A stretch of DNA of 64,000 bases from the human T2T-CHM13v2.0 reference genome, Homo sapiens. Location of the stretch: NCBI RefSeq assembly GCF_009914755.1, contig NC_060947.1, one strand, 5' to 3'. Each line of letters opens with the position of its first letter. Position 1 is the first letter of the stretch. The translations under genes and the position numbers were made by a program. Below, one piece after another: positions 45,521 to 57,428 of this stretch. The notes under the pieces were generated by a model, which searched no databases, was not told where the DNA came from, and saw only the letters and a program-made list of their open reading frames with translations.

Positions 45521-45829
45521 GATGAATATTTGACGATTTTCTGCTTTGCTTTTTTTTTTTTTCCCTATGCAAAGGATGCAGCGGGGAGGCTGGAAGTTGG
45601 GCCTGTGGTGTAGAGAGAAGCCTGAGTAGAAGTAGCTGGGGCCTGTCTGACATGAAGTGGTGTCTTGAGAGTGATCACAGCTGACTGGCTGAGGTCAAGC
45701 CACCCGCTCTCTGTGTTCCTGTCAGGGATTGAGAAAAAGGAAAAACCTTTCCTCTAATCAACAGGGACCAGTGGGAGATAATTGTTTCAGGGGCTGGAAT
45801 CTGAGGTCGAATTGGCACTGTCGCATTGA

Positions 45830-47300
45830 TGCTTTGCCAAAGGTTTAGGGAGCCCCAAATGAAGATCTCTATAGGGAAGCTCAAGTAATGGTATCTGGCT
45901 GAAGACTATGAACAATAACACACCCTGAAAACTAAAAGTAAGAGCAAAATTAAACTGCAAAGAGAGAAATCATGGCCAAAAGCCTTGAAAGGTTTACAAT
46001 TTTGATCTTCTTCTCCTCTGATCCAGATAATGCCCTTCCTTTTCCACTGCCCATTTACTGGGTGAGTCTTGAGTGACCAGGACTGTTGTATTTATGTCTT
46101 TATGGATCTTTCAGAGAGCCCCCTGATTCCTATCCTAGAGGACTGCAGGTGGCCAGGTCCAAGTGCTGGTTATCAGTGGAGATCTTCAATTAGTATGACC
46201 TAGGTAAAGGCTGTGGGTAAAAGGAACTTCTTAGAAAAATATGGAGCAGATGACAAATATATATCAGGAGCCTGGAAACTCCTGCCCTTTGGAGAGAAGC
46301 TCTCTCCTACTTTCCTTTACCCGACCCTTACTTCCTTTTCTCTTTCCTTCCTTTACCTGCTGGGTCTTGGGTATTCAGGACTGTTATGTTAGTGTCTGTA
46401 CAGAGGCTTCAGGGAAACTCCCCACAAGCACTCCTACCTGAAAGAATTTAGATGAATAGCCATAGATATTAGTCAGCATGGGAAAATAAGAGCCACAGAA
46501 CCTGGAAAGAAGTAGGGACATAAGCAACTTCATAAAAAGAAAGAAGAAAATGGAGTAGAGGAGCAGACTGGTCAGGAGCTTGGCAACTTATGCCAACCTA
46601 AAGAAGCTGTCCCACTGGCCCTTTCTGAGACCTAAGGGTCTCAGGTGGTGAGGACTTCTATGTTGGTGTTTTTACAGAGGTTTTAGGATGGACAAAAAGA
46701 AGAGCTACCCTTCACAAAGGAAAGTTCATTAAAATATGGTTGGAAGCTATGGGCAAGAGAAAGGTCCTTAAAAATGAAAAGGGACAGAATGAGAGATTGC
46801 ACCAAGAGCTTTGAACCCTTAACCTTTAGCCAAAGATCTCTCCTACTATCATGTTATCCCTCCTCCCCCTCCCTCCTTCTTTGTCCTTACACTTGCCTTT
46901 TATGATGAGGCAGCTCTACTATGTGACTGCATTTTGGAGGCTTCAGAGAGCCTCATGCCTCCAAGTTCCCAATCTAGAGGACTGTAGCTGGGTAGACATA
47001 AACCTGGTTACCAAGAAGAGCTCAAAATTAGGAGGATGTAAATGTTATCAGGAAAAGAAACAGATTTTAAAACTGATACAGAAGGAAAAGAACCAGGAGC
47101 CAGGAAATTCCTGCCCTGTAGCCAGAAGCACAACCCTAATGCACAACTCCTTATTCCTTACTCCCTTTCTCTTTGCCTATTTGACCTGCTGGGTGTGGGC
47201 ATTGGGTAATCAATGCAGTTGCATTCATTTACAAAGGCACTGAGGAGACCAGGGGTCCAACCTTCCCCACACAGAAGACTTGTGGGTGGACAGCCCCAAG
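45830..47300. repeat. Ancient degenerate tandem array: about 5 monomers of 230-310 bp, with a second period near 830 bp
   Basis: Anchor caggagcctggaaactcctgccct (46265) / caggagcttggcaactt (46573) / caggagccaggaaattcctgccct (47094), with weaker copies near 45977 and 46803. A second anchor ggactgt..tatgt...agaggcttcag recurs near 46080, 46378, 46652, 46912 and 47211. Confidence 0.75.
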
Positions 47301-49815
47301 TGACTGAATGGCAGGGTGAAGCCTCCTGAGAGTAAGTGGAGGTGATCTGTGAGGAGAATATGAGCTGCATACCCTCCTTTAGTATCTTTACCAGCGAGAG
47401 TTAGTGAGGGCACATCTTTAAGAAAAGAGTGGTATGGTAGATAGTACCCAGACTGAAGTGCTAGCTCTTAGGCCTAAAAGAAAGAAGTAGGATTTCTGTA
47501 ATCCTTTCTCCCTCCCTCTCTTCTTCCCTCCCTTTTGTTAATTCTACATTGCCATTGCCATTTTAACCTGCTATGGGTATTAGGCAAACAGAAGTGTGAT
47601 CATATTCAAAGGCACCTATCCATGGAGTGGGCATAAGGTATCTTTTGAATACAGGCACCGGGGTGGCGATAGGAGAGTTCCAATTCTCAAGCAGGAGAGA
47701 AATGTTTTCCAGCCCAGAGGGCAGATTGCCCAGCCTTTATCTACATCAGCAGTTGGGCACAGTTGATCAATTTTCGAATCAGTGCAGGCTTTGCTGATTA
47801 AGGCTATATTATGGACATTGCTCAGCTTCATATGTGGTTAAGCTGGACCTGTTAACAAGGTACATAGAGTATTTCCACCACAAATTATTTGGATATCTGA
47901 TGGATATTTAAGAGGAGCCATCCCTTCTTTCTAACTTTCTTTGGAGTGCCATCATCTCCCAAACATACGGATCCTGGCTTCTGCAGAAAAGAGAACTCTG
48001 CCCTTCCCCTCCCTGGAAAGTAATACTCCGCCTTTTATGAAGACCAGATCAGTTTTTATAAGGCTAGGGTTCAATATTTTTTCACTCTTTTCTACTAGGA
48101 CCCTTGCTATTACCATGGATACCTATTTTGCCCCTTGACACTTTGGAGATGCAGTACAGTATCCATTGTACCAGGATCTCCCACCTTGAAGCTCTTTTTA
48201 CTGGTTTTTTGTTGTTGTTGTTTGCTTGTTTGTTTGTTTTGTCTTCCAGGCAATTTCCAGGCTTGCCTATCTTCCAGACCAAAGATTACCAAAAGCTAGT
48301 TAAAAATATTTGTTATCTTTAAGGCTTTCCCTTTCTTCCAAAATCTTTGACTATACAACACAGCAGGACCCTGCCTTAAGTAATCCATTAATCAGACAAT
48401 TCACAACTGATGAAAGCAATAAATAGTAATTACTCACATTGGAAACATAATCTTCCCTAGAAAACAGAGATCCCTTAGTGCATTTAGTGCATTTGGGTGC
48501 TAACAGATCATTAACTACTTGTCAGAGAAACCTAGGAGGAGGGCTTTCAGAAATAAACATAAAACAACCTATGCATCAATAGAAAAATAAAATTTGATTT
48601 TCAAAAACGAATCTAATTTATGGCACAGCTTTTTTCTAGGAATTCCCCTGTTATATAACGGAAGACATACTATTTTCTAGGCAAAGCAGCACAAATCAGG
48701 GAAAGGAACATTTAAAAGTGTTGGAAAACTTACTTGCCTATGTTGAGCCAATCTATGTAGGTATGGTTACATCATTCTAGAAGTCTGGTAGTCAATCTCG
48801 GAGTCTCCTTTACACACACTGGTCATTTTTTCAATACTTTTGGATCCATGTCTTCCTAATGCTGGGCTAAATATTCAGCATGTGCCATGTTGCTAAAACA
48901 GAAACAATGAGAAACCTAAATGTTCTGCATTCCTTGATTTTGAGTTTAAATTTGTAACGTTATTAATATTGCATTAATAACCTATTTTGCATATCTGTTT
49001 GATTGTACCATCTTAAACATTCATTTAAACCTGGGGAGGTCAGCATGACTCCTACCTGCTTCTCACTAATAACATGCTTTTCAGCGAGTAGATAATGAGT
49101 GACCTGGATAGAAATCAGTGGAAATGCAGATTGCCTTCAGGTGGAGAAACAGGCAGGAAATCCACTTTCTCCACAACACTGACAAGCAGTTTTGAGGCTG
49201 AAGGTAGAGAAAGTAAGCCTCAAAGAGAGATGACTGTTTAGGAAGGCTCTTAATCAAATATTCTGTTGTCTTTACATGTGGTAGTATGAAGGAAAAGTCA
49301 TCCTAATGGAAATTAAATCTTGCAAGTGACTTTAAAAATCTTGGGTTAATAGAAATAAGTGATTTAATTATGGAGAGAAAAACAGATAACTCTTGGCTAC
49401 TGATTATCCTAATGGGTTACAGGCCTGAATAAGCATTCCTTAGTTCGTTGAATTAACTACTGTTAGTGGCACACAGGTAAGGATAGGGGTGGGAAGTAGT
49501 GGGCAGTCAAAGGTCTGCCATTGATTGATCAGAGCTGGGATAGAAGGCAATCAGGTGAGTCTTAAAGGAGAACCACATAATTTTTTTTAAGTATTAATGG
49601 CCCACTCCACTTTTCTGGAATAACAAAATATATTAATAATAATGCCCTTGCTCAAGATATAGAGGGCCTGTTTTTCAAGTTACTGTATTTCTTTGGTAAT
49701 AACGTACTGGCACAGAAACAGGGACTTATGTGAAATGTATTTCAAACCAATGTCTGCTAATAAATTATCCCACAGGCCATAGGTTTCACAGGTATTAGAA
49801 AATGCATGAGATTTG

Positions 49816-50033
49816 GGCCGGATGCAGTGGCTCATGCCTGTAATCCCAGCATTTTGGGAGGCCAAGGCTGGCAGATCACTTGAGGTTAGGAGTTTGAGAC
49901 CAGCCTGGCCAACATGGTGAAATCCCATCTCTACTACAAATACAAAAATTAGCCGGGCATGGTGGTGCACACCTGTAATTCCAGCTGTCTCAAAAACAAA
50001 ACAAAACAAAAAAAAACACAACAAACAAAAAAT
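49816..50033 (+). mobile_element. Alu (AluS-type) missing most of its right arm
   Basis: Left arm and linker intact, then acctgtaattccagct joins directly to gtctcaaaa. TSD aatgcatgagatttg / aatacatgagatttg. Confidence 0.9.
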
Positions 50034-51267
50034 AATACATGAGATTTGGAAATGCAACCTGGGCTTTCAGTTTCTCTCTTCTAAGTTCTTTACGATTCAA
50101 CATGGCTTCCTTCTGCAGTTTGACTATTTATCTTCACTGAATAAAGGTGATAGCTGTATCAGAAACTCAAGTCAAACCAAATAATGGTGTGATTTGTTTA
50201 CTTTGGAGGGTTTTCAGACTTTGGTTTTGTTTCTGTTCGACGGTGGTAATAAAAACATAGGTCTGAATATAAAACAACCTAGTTTTCTACTTGATTCTTG
50301 AAAAAGAAAAAAAACTTTGCTTCAGCTCATGAGTCTGTTTCTTATTTTTTGTTTTCTAATGGAGTTTGACTTGCAAATCTGCAATTTGGCAGCATTTATT
50401 TCTGTTTGGGGCTTTTGGTATAGCTTGGCTCAAGTCCCTGGTTACTGTATGACAGCAACCAAGCCAAATGGCTGTAACATTCAATCTGCCCAATTAAAAA
50501 GCGTTGGTTCCATGCCCCCTTTGGTGACTCAGATCAGGCAAATTTACTGTTGTTTTAATCTTGATTGTACTCAATTATTCAACCCATCTCTCAGAGCTGA
50601 TACAGATAACTATTTTTTAAAAACCTTGGGGAATTGTGAGTGTTGTCACCTGGCTGCTCACTCCTTTTGGAATTCTTCCCTTGGAAATAAGAGTCAGAGA
50701 GAGTAGGTCTAAACAACTTAATGTAGCAACTCACAGAGCCAGAAAAAGATAATCAGGCTACGTAGAAACTTAAGGAGTGCACCTTTTGTTTTTTCCACAA
50801 ATATTTTCTTCTATCTGCTCTTTTTGAAATAAAGTATGGTTCTTAAATAAGAACAGCAAGAATATTCTTCCATGGAATACCTAGACTCAGGAGTGCATTT
50901 ATTTTCAATTTTACACAATTAGGATAAATGTAAAGGAAACAGTTTCTGCACGTGCCTAAGGAATTCTTGCCCATACAAATAACACAGCTTACCTTTCTCT
51001 AGAGAGGCTTCCATGAGCACAGGCTGGGGGAGCTATTCCAGAGCTACATACTAGCTCTGAATAGAGCAGAAGTTAATTCCCCAACCTACCCCCCTGTCTC
51101 TCAACCCAGATGATAGCCAGCCCTCCAAATGGTGCAGGCAGGATGTCCATTTGATGTAGTCATCACCTCCATAATCAGAGTAAACTAGAAAAATATTATA
51201 AAATAGGGAAAGTGGTTCTTGGTGCTGTTTTCTGCCTTTTAGTTCCTCTCTGCTTTTCCTTAAGCTG

Positions 51268-51441
51268 TAGACCTATACTGTCCAATATGGTACCCACTAG
51301 CCACGTGTAACTATTTAAATTGAAAATAACTAAAATTAAAAGTAAATTTAAAATTCAGTATTTCGGTAGCACTAGCCACATTTCAAGTGCTCAATAGACA
51401 TGTGTGGCTAGAAGCTACCATATTGGAGAGCAGAGATATAG
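51268..51441. mobile_element. MER3/MER33-type hAT MITE (palindromic)
   Basis: ctgtccaatatggtacccactagccac ... gtggctagaagctaccatattggagag form inverted ends. Confidence 0.75.
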
Positions 51442-51579
51442 AACATTTCAGAAAGTTCTATGAGATGTTGCTTCCAACTATTAGTTCTTTTAGCTTCTTG
51501 AGCATAAGGAACATGTTTTCCACATCTCCATTCCTTACAGCAGGTACCACAATTCCTGATACAACTATGGAATTGGGGA

Positions 51580-51812
51580 GAAACTAAGTGCTTACTATGT
51601 TGTCGTGAGCTATGTCAAATTCATTATAAGCAATCTCTCATTTCATTACCTCAAGAACACTATAAGGTGGGTCCTATTACCATCCCCATTTTTCAGAGGA
51701 GGAAACTGAGTCTCAGTGAGGTTGAATTATTTGCCCAAAGTCACACAGTTAATAAGTACCTAAACCAGGTCTTTATAACTTCAGGACCTATACTCTTAAC
51801 AACTGCTGTGTA
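51580..51812 (-). mobile_element. MIR
   Basis: ccccatttttcagaggaggaaactgagtctcagtgaggttgaattatttgcccaaagtcacacag. Confidence 0.75.
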
Positions 51813-53311
51813 CACCAAAAGAAAACTGCACATAACTACAAATTTCAACATGGGACAGACAGGCCCCTTCCAGAGCATTGGTGACTAGGTGGCTTCTCCA
51901 CAGCACTCATGCTGGCCAAGGCAGAATAAAGACAATTTGAGATCAGGGCCTGAGCATGAAGATTGGGGACTTAAATAAGTGTGCTGATTTGTGTTTGCAT
52001 ATGGCTATCAGATTAAGTGGCTATCTGACTACTTCTCTAATGAAATAGCAGCAAATTAGTAGTTTTATCTGCCATTTTGCATATGGAGACCATTGCCTTG
52101 ACCCCAATGGTAAAGATTAGTGGAACCTAATCATTTCATGAAGTCAACCTCACTTGCTGCACTTATCAGAAGCTTCTGTAACTTGAGCTTCCATGGCGTG
52201 CAGTTTATGCCAGGACACGCAAATGCCAGAAAATCAATTTTCCTGCAGCTTTCACAGTCAGTGTGTTTGCCAGACAAAACTGCAGCCAGCCACCTTTTTT
52301 AAATCAGCATAGCACCTTTAGAAATAATACTTACCAGAACGCTCCTAACACAGCAAGGAGGAAAAGACTTAAATCTAAACCCAACTGTTCAAAATCGAGA
52401 GCCACAGGAGAAGGTGAAATATGAATATATTGAAAGTGAACATTTTAGTGGCCCCATTTGGCACTGTAAAGTATTCTCTGCCAAGCATCTGTTGAGTTAA
52501 CTTTAATTCTAATCTGTGCCACAGTAGGACTGAAAACACTTAATATGATACCATACTTCCTGTCACCCACATGTGCCCAGGCCCTCACGTGCCCCTGACA
52601 TATCGGGGTGGCACTCCACATTGCCTGCCTGCCCCAAGACCTATCTTGATTCTTCTTCCTCTGGTATTCTTCTGGCACACATTCTCAAATAAACCAAACC
52701 ACACAAAGGCAGTGGATGTGGGGTCATGTTACCTTCCCATTTGCCATGAGTGCATAATCTACTTTATTGAAGACTTACTACTTGCCAAGAACTGTTATGG
52801 GTGCTTTACATGAATTATCTCATTTAGTAGTCTATCTCCATTTCAGAGATAATTATTAGAGTCTTAGAGAAATTTAAGTAACTTGACCAAGTCAAACAGA
52901 AGGCATGATCTCTAATGGTAGCATTTAGGGCCTGTGACAAGCTAGTGAGTTATCATATTGGTGCCTTTTACCTCGGAGCATCTTGCACAGGTTTCAAAGC
53001 TGAACCAAGAAAGAAGATCAAGGTTATATAAAATCATGTCAAAACAACAGGTCAAAGAAGTAAACTTCACTCAATTCACTAGTTTTGGTCAATGTAGCTA
53101 CTAACGATCTTTCCACTGGGAGGCAGTGCAGAGTAGTAGAAAAAAACAACACAGGTTTTTGAAAGCCAGCACACCTGGATTTGAATACTAATTCTGTCCC
53201 CCTGCATCTATGCAAACTTGGAATTATAACTTTACCTCTCTAAACTCTGGAAGAGAGAAGAAGGAGAATATAGACTTTGGTGTCAAATGAGCTGGGTTTA
53301 AATCTCAGCTA

Positions 53312-54625
<1,314 letters not shown>

Positions 54626-55642
54626 AAAAATTTAACCAGCTGTATCACCTTGGAGAAGTAAAATAACTTCTATAAGTATTAGTTAACTTCTCAGTAAAAT
54701 GGAGATAATATTGGTTTCACAAGGTTGTTTTAAGAATTAGCAATCATGTATATAATGCACGAAGCACCATTCCTGTTGCATGTAAGTGCTTAATAAATGG
54801 TAGCCCTCTCATTGTCAGTATTTATGCACTAATTGGTAGCTAGTTGTTGCAGCTGTAGGACCATTGTTGATTATTCTAAACACATCGTTGAATATTAGAA
54901 TCACTTAGGAAGCATTATTTACAATGTTGGCCCCGCCTCAGGCCAATTAAACCAGAATCACAGAAGCAGTCATCAGTAGCTTCCCAGGTACATAGTATTT
55001 CCTGCTGACAAGCTGGCTTTAACAGAACTTCTCTTCAGATTAGTTCCAGCTCACCTTTTAGGAAACTAACACTCCCCCCCCAAAAAAAAAAAACTCTAAA
55101 TGGAAAATTTGGGCTCTTTTGGATAACCCCAAGCAAATTGCTTCTTCTTTTCTTCATTGCTTTTTTCTCCCCTTAGTAAGAAAATAATTCTCCAGGGACC
55201 TGGAAGTAACAGCCACAGTGGAAACAAAACATTGCAATTTCAGGATAGATTTTTCTTCTTAATAGAAGAACATTTTCCCACTCATTTCCTAGGACCTGTA
55301 TTGTCAGGTTTGGCCTCCACACTACAATTAATTGATTCAAGAATAACAATAGTATTGAACTTCTCTTTTGAATATCTTAGTAATAGAAAATAAAAATACA
55401 TTTAATCCAATTGGTCAATGGTAATTGGCTTTGGATTGCTGGAGATGCCGTTTCATTGAAAAATAGAACTCTAGAAGGCTGAGGGAAGTGACCTTGGAGT
55501 GTTCAATAGTGATAGCAGTCCTAGAAGCAATCCTTGATTGAGAGTCAGGGAATTTGAGGCTTTGCTCTAGTTAGTAGTGAAAGGGTGTGGCAGACACACT
55601 TTCTTTGTGACCCATTCTCTGTCTTGAAAATAGGTTCTGCAA

Positions 55643-56283
55643 CTTTTACACTGTTGGTGGGACTGTAACTAGTTCAACCATTGTGGAAGAAGTCAGTGTG
55701 GCGATTCCTCAAGGATCTAGAACTAGAAATACCATTTGAGCCAGCCATCCCATTACTGGGTATATACCCAAAGGATTATAAATCATGCTGCTATAAAGAC
55801 ACATGCACATGTATGTTTATTGCGACACTATTCACAATAGCAAAGACTTGGAACCAACCCAAATGTCCATCAATGATAGACTGGATTAAGAAAATGTGGC
55901 ACATATACACCATGGAATACTACGCAGCCATAAAAAAGGATGAGTTCATGTCCTTTGTAGGGACATGGTTGAAGCTGGAAACCATCATTCTGAGCAAACT
56001 ATCAAAAGGACAGAAAACCAAACACCACATGTTCTCACTCATAGATGGGAATTGAACAAAGAGAACACTTGGACACAGGAAGGGGAACATCACACACCGG
56101 GGCCTGTCGTGGGGTGGGGGGAGAGGGGAGGGATAGCATTAGGAGATATACCTAATGTAAATGATGAGTTAATGGGTGCAGCACACCAACATGGCACATG
56201 TATACATATGTAACAAACCTGCACGTTGTGCACATGTACCCTAGAACTGAAAGTATAATAAAAAATAAAAAATAATAAAAAAA
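55643..56283 (+). mobile_element. 5'-truncated L1PA (L1PA4/5-like): end of ORF2, 3'UTR and A-rich tail
   Basis: ORF 55681-56055 is the L1 ORF2 C-terminus. Perfect 17-bp TSD gaaaataggttctgcaa (55626-55642, 56284-56300). Confidence 0.95.
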
Positions 56284-56336
56284 GAAAATAGGTTCTGCAA
56301 TCTAAAGGTGAAGGTACATAGCAAAGTCAGGTTTTC

Positions 56337-56338
<2 letters not shown>

Positions 56339-56368
<30 letters not shown>
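56339..56368. repeat. (CA)15 microsatellite
   Basis: Read directly. Confidence 0.9.
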
Positions 56369-56372
<4 letters not shown>

Positions 56373-56919
56373 TCTCCTCCATACCCAATTAATGTGTCCA
56401 CCATTAGGCTATCATTCCTTTAGCTGTGGTTTGATCCTATGAGGAGATCACACTTTTGTATATTGTTCATCATTTCTACCTCAGTGTGAATGTTTCCAAT
56501 TCTTTTCTGAGCACAGGATGGGGTGGGGAGGGCATCTTTTACCTGATAAGGCAAATGAAAGAGAGGTGGTACTACCCACGCAGGGGAGTGGAAAATGAGG
56601 AGCATCTGTGAAAATAAAAGTTGACTCACAGTCTTGGCTTATAACAGCCATATAAGTTCAATACATAACGTTATACTCCTTATATATTTTCATTCTCAAA
56701 ATAAGGAGAAAAAAATAATTTGTCAACTTCTGGTTTAAAAGGTAGGGTTTTCATGTGGACTAAGGGTAAGACACTTTAGTCTCCAATCCTACATTTCAGG
56801 GAGGGAATAATAGAAATATCATGCCCCTTGAAATGATGCTAAAGTATAAGCATCATTTCAATCAGAAAGCAGAATTTCTGTGAAGTCATCCCAACCCTAC
56901 CACATGGCTTAACCTATCT

Positions 56920-57175
56920 AGGAATAGTGTACTGTTTGAGAGCAGACTCTGGAGCCTGAATGAGTTCCCAGATCCACCACATACCAGCTGTGTGGCATTA
57001 GGCAAACTACTTAACTCCTCTGTGCCTCTGTTTCTGCATGTTTAAATGGGGTAATATATAATAGTATAATCTATTTCATAGAGTTGTTGTGAGAATTACA
57101 TGAGTTAACACATGTAAAACCCTTGAAATGGACCTGGAACAAAAAGTATGTATTCAATTAAATGTTAGTTATGAT
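56920..57175 (+). mobile_element. MIR
   Basis: gagagcagactctggagcctg...ggcaaactacttaactcctctgtgcctctgtttc...gttgttgtgagaatta. Confidence 0.75.
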
Positions 57176-57216
57176 GGGTTTTCTTACTTAAAGATGGCTT
57201 AATCAAAGTCCATATA

Positions 57217-57428
57217 GCAGAGTTTCTCAACCTTAGCACCATTGACATTTGGGGCCGGATAATTACTGGTGGTGGGGGCTGTCCTGTGCATTGTAAGACA
57301 TTTAACAGCTCCGCTGGCTTCTACCCACTAGATACCAGTAGCACTCCTCTCCCCAAGTTGTGACAATGAAAAGTTGTTGCCAAACGTCTCCTGAGAGGCA
57401 AAGTTGTTGCTTACTGAGAGACACAGGG
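57217..57428 (+). mobile_element. MER20 hAT DNA transposon
   Basis: cagagtttctcaaccttagcaccattgacatttggggccggataatt...gggggctgtcctgtgcattgtaag...ctacccactagataccagtagcac. Confidence 0.8.
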
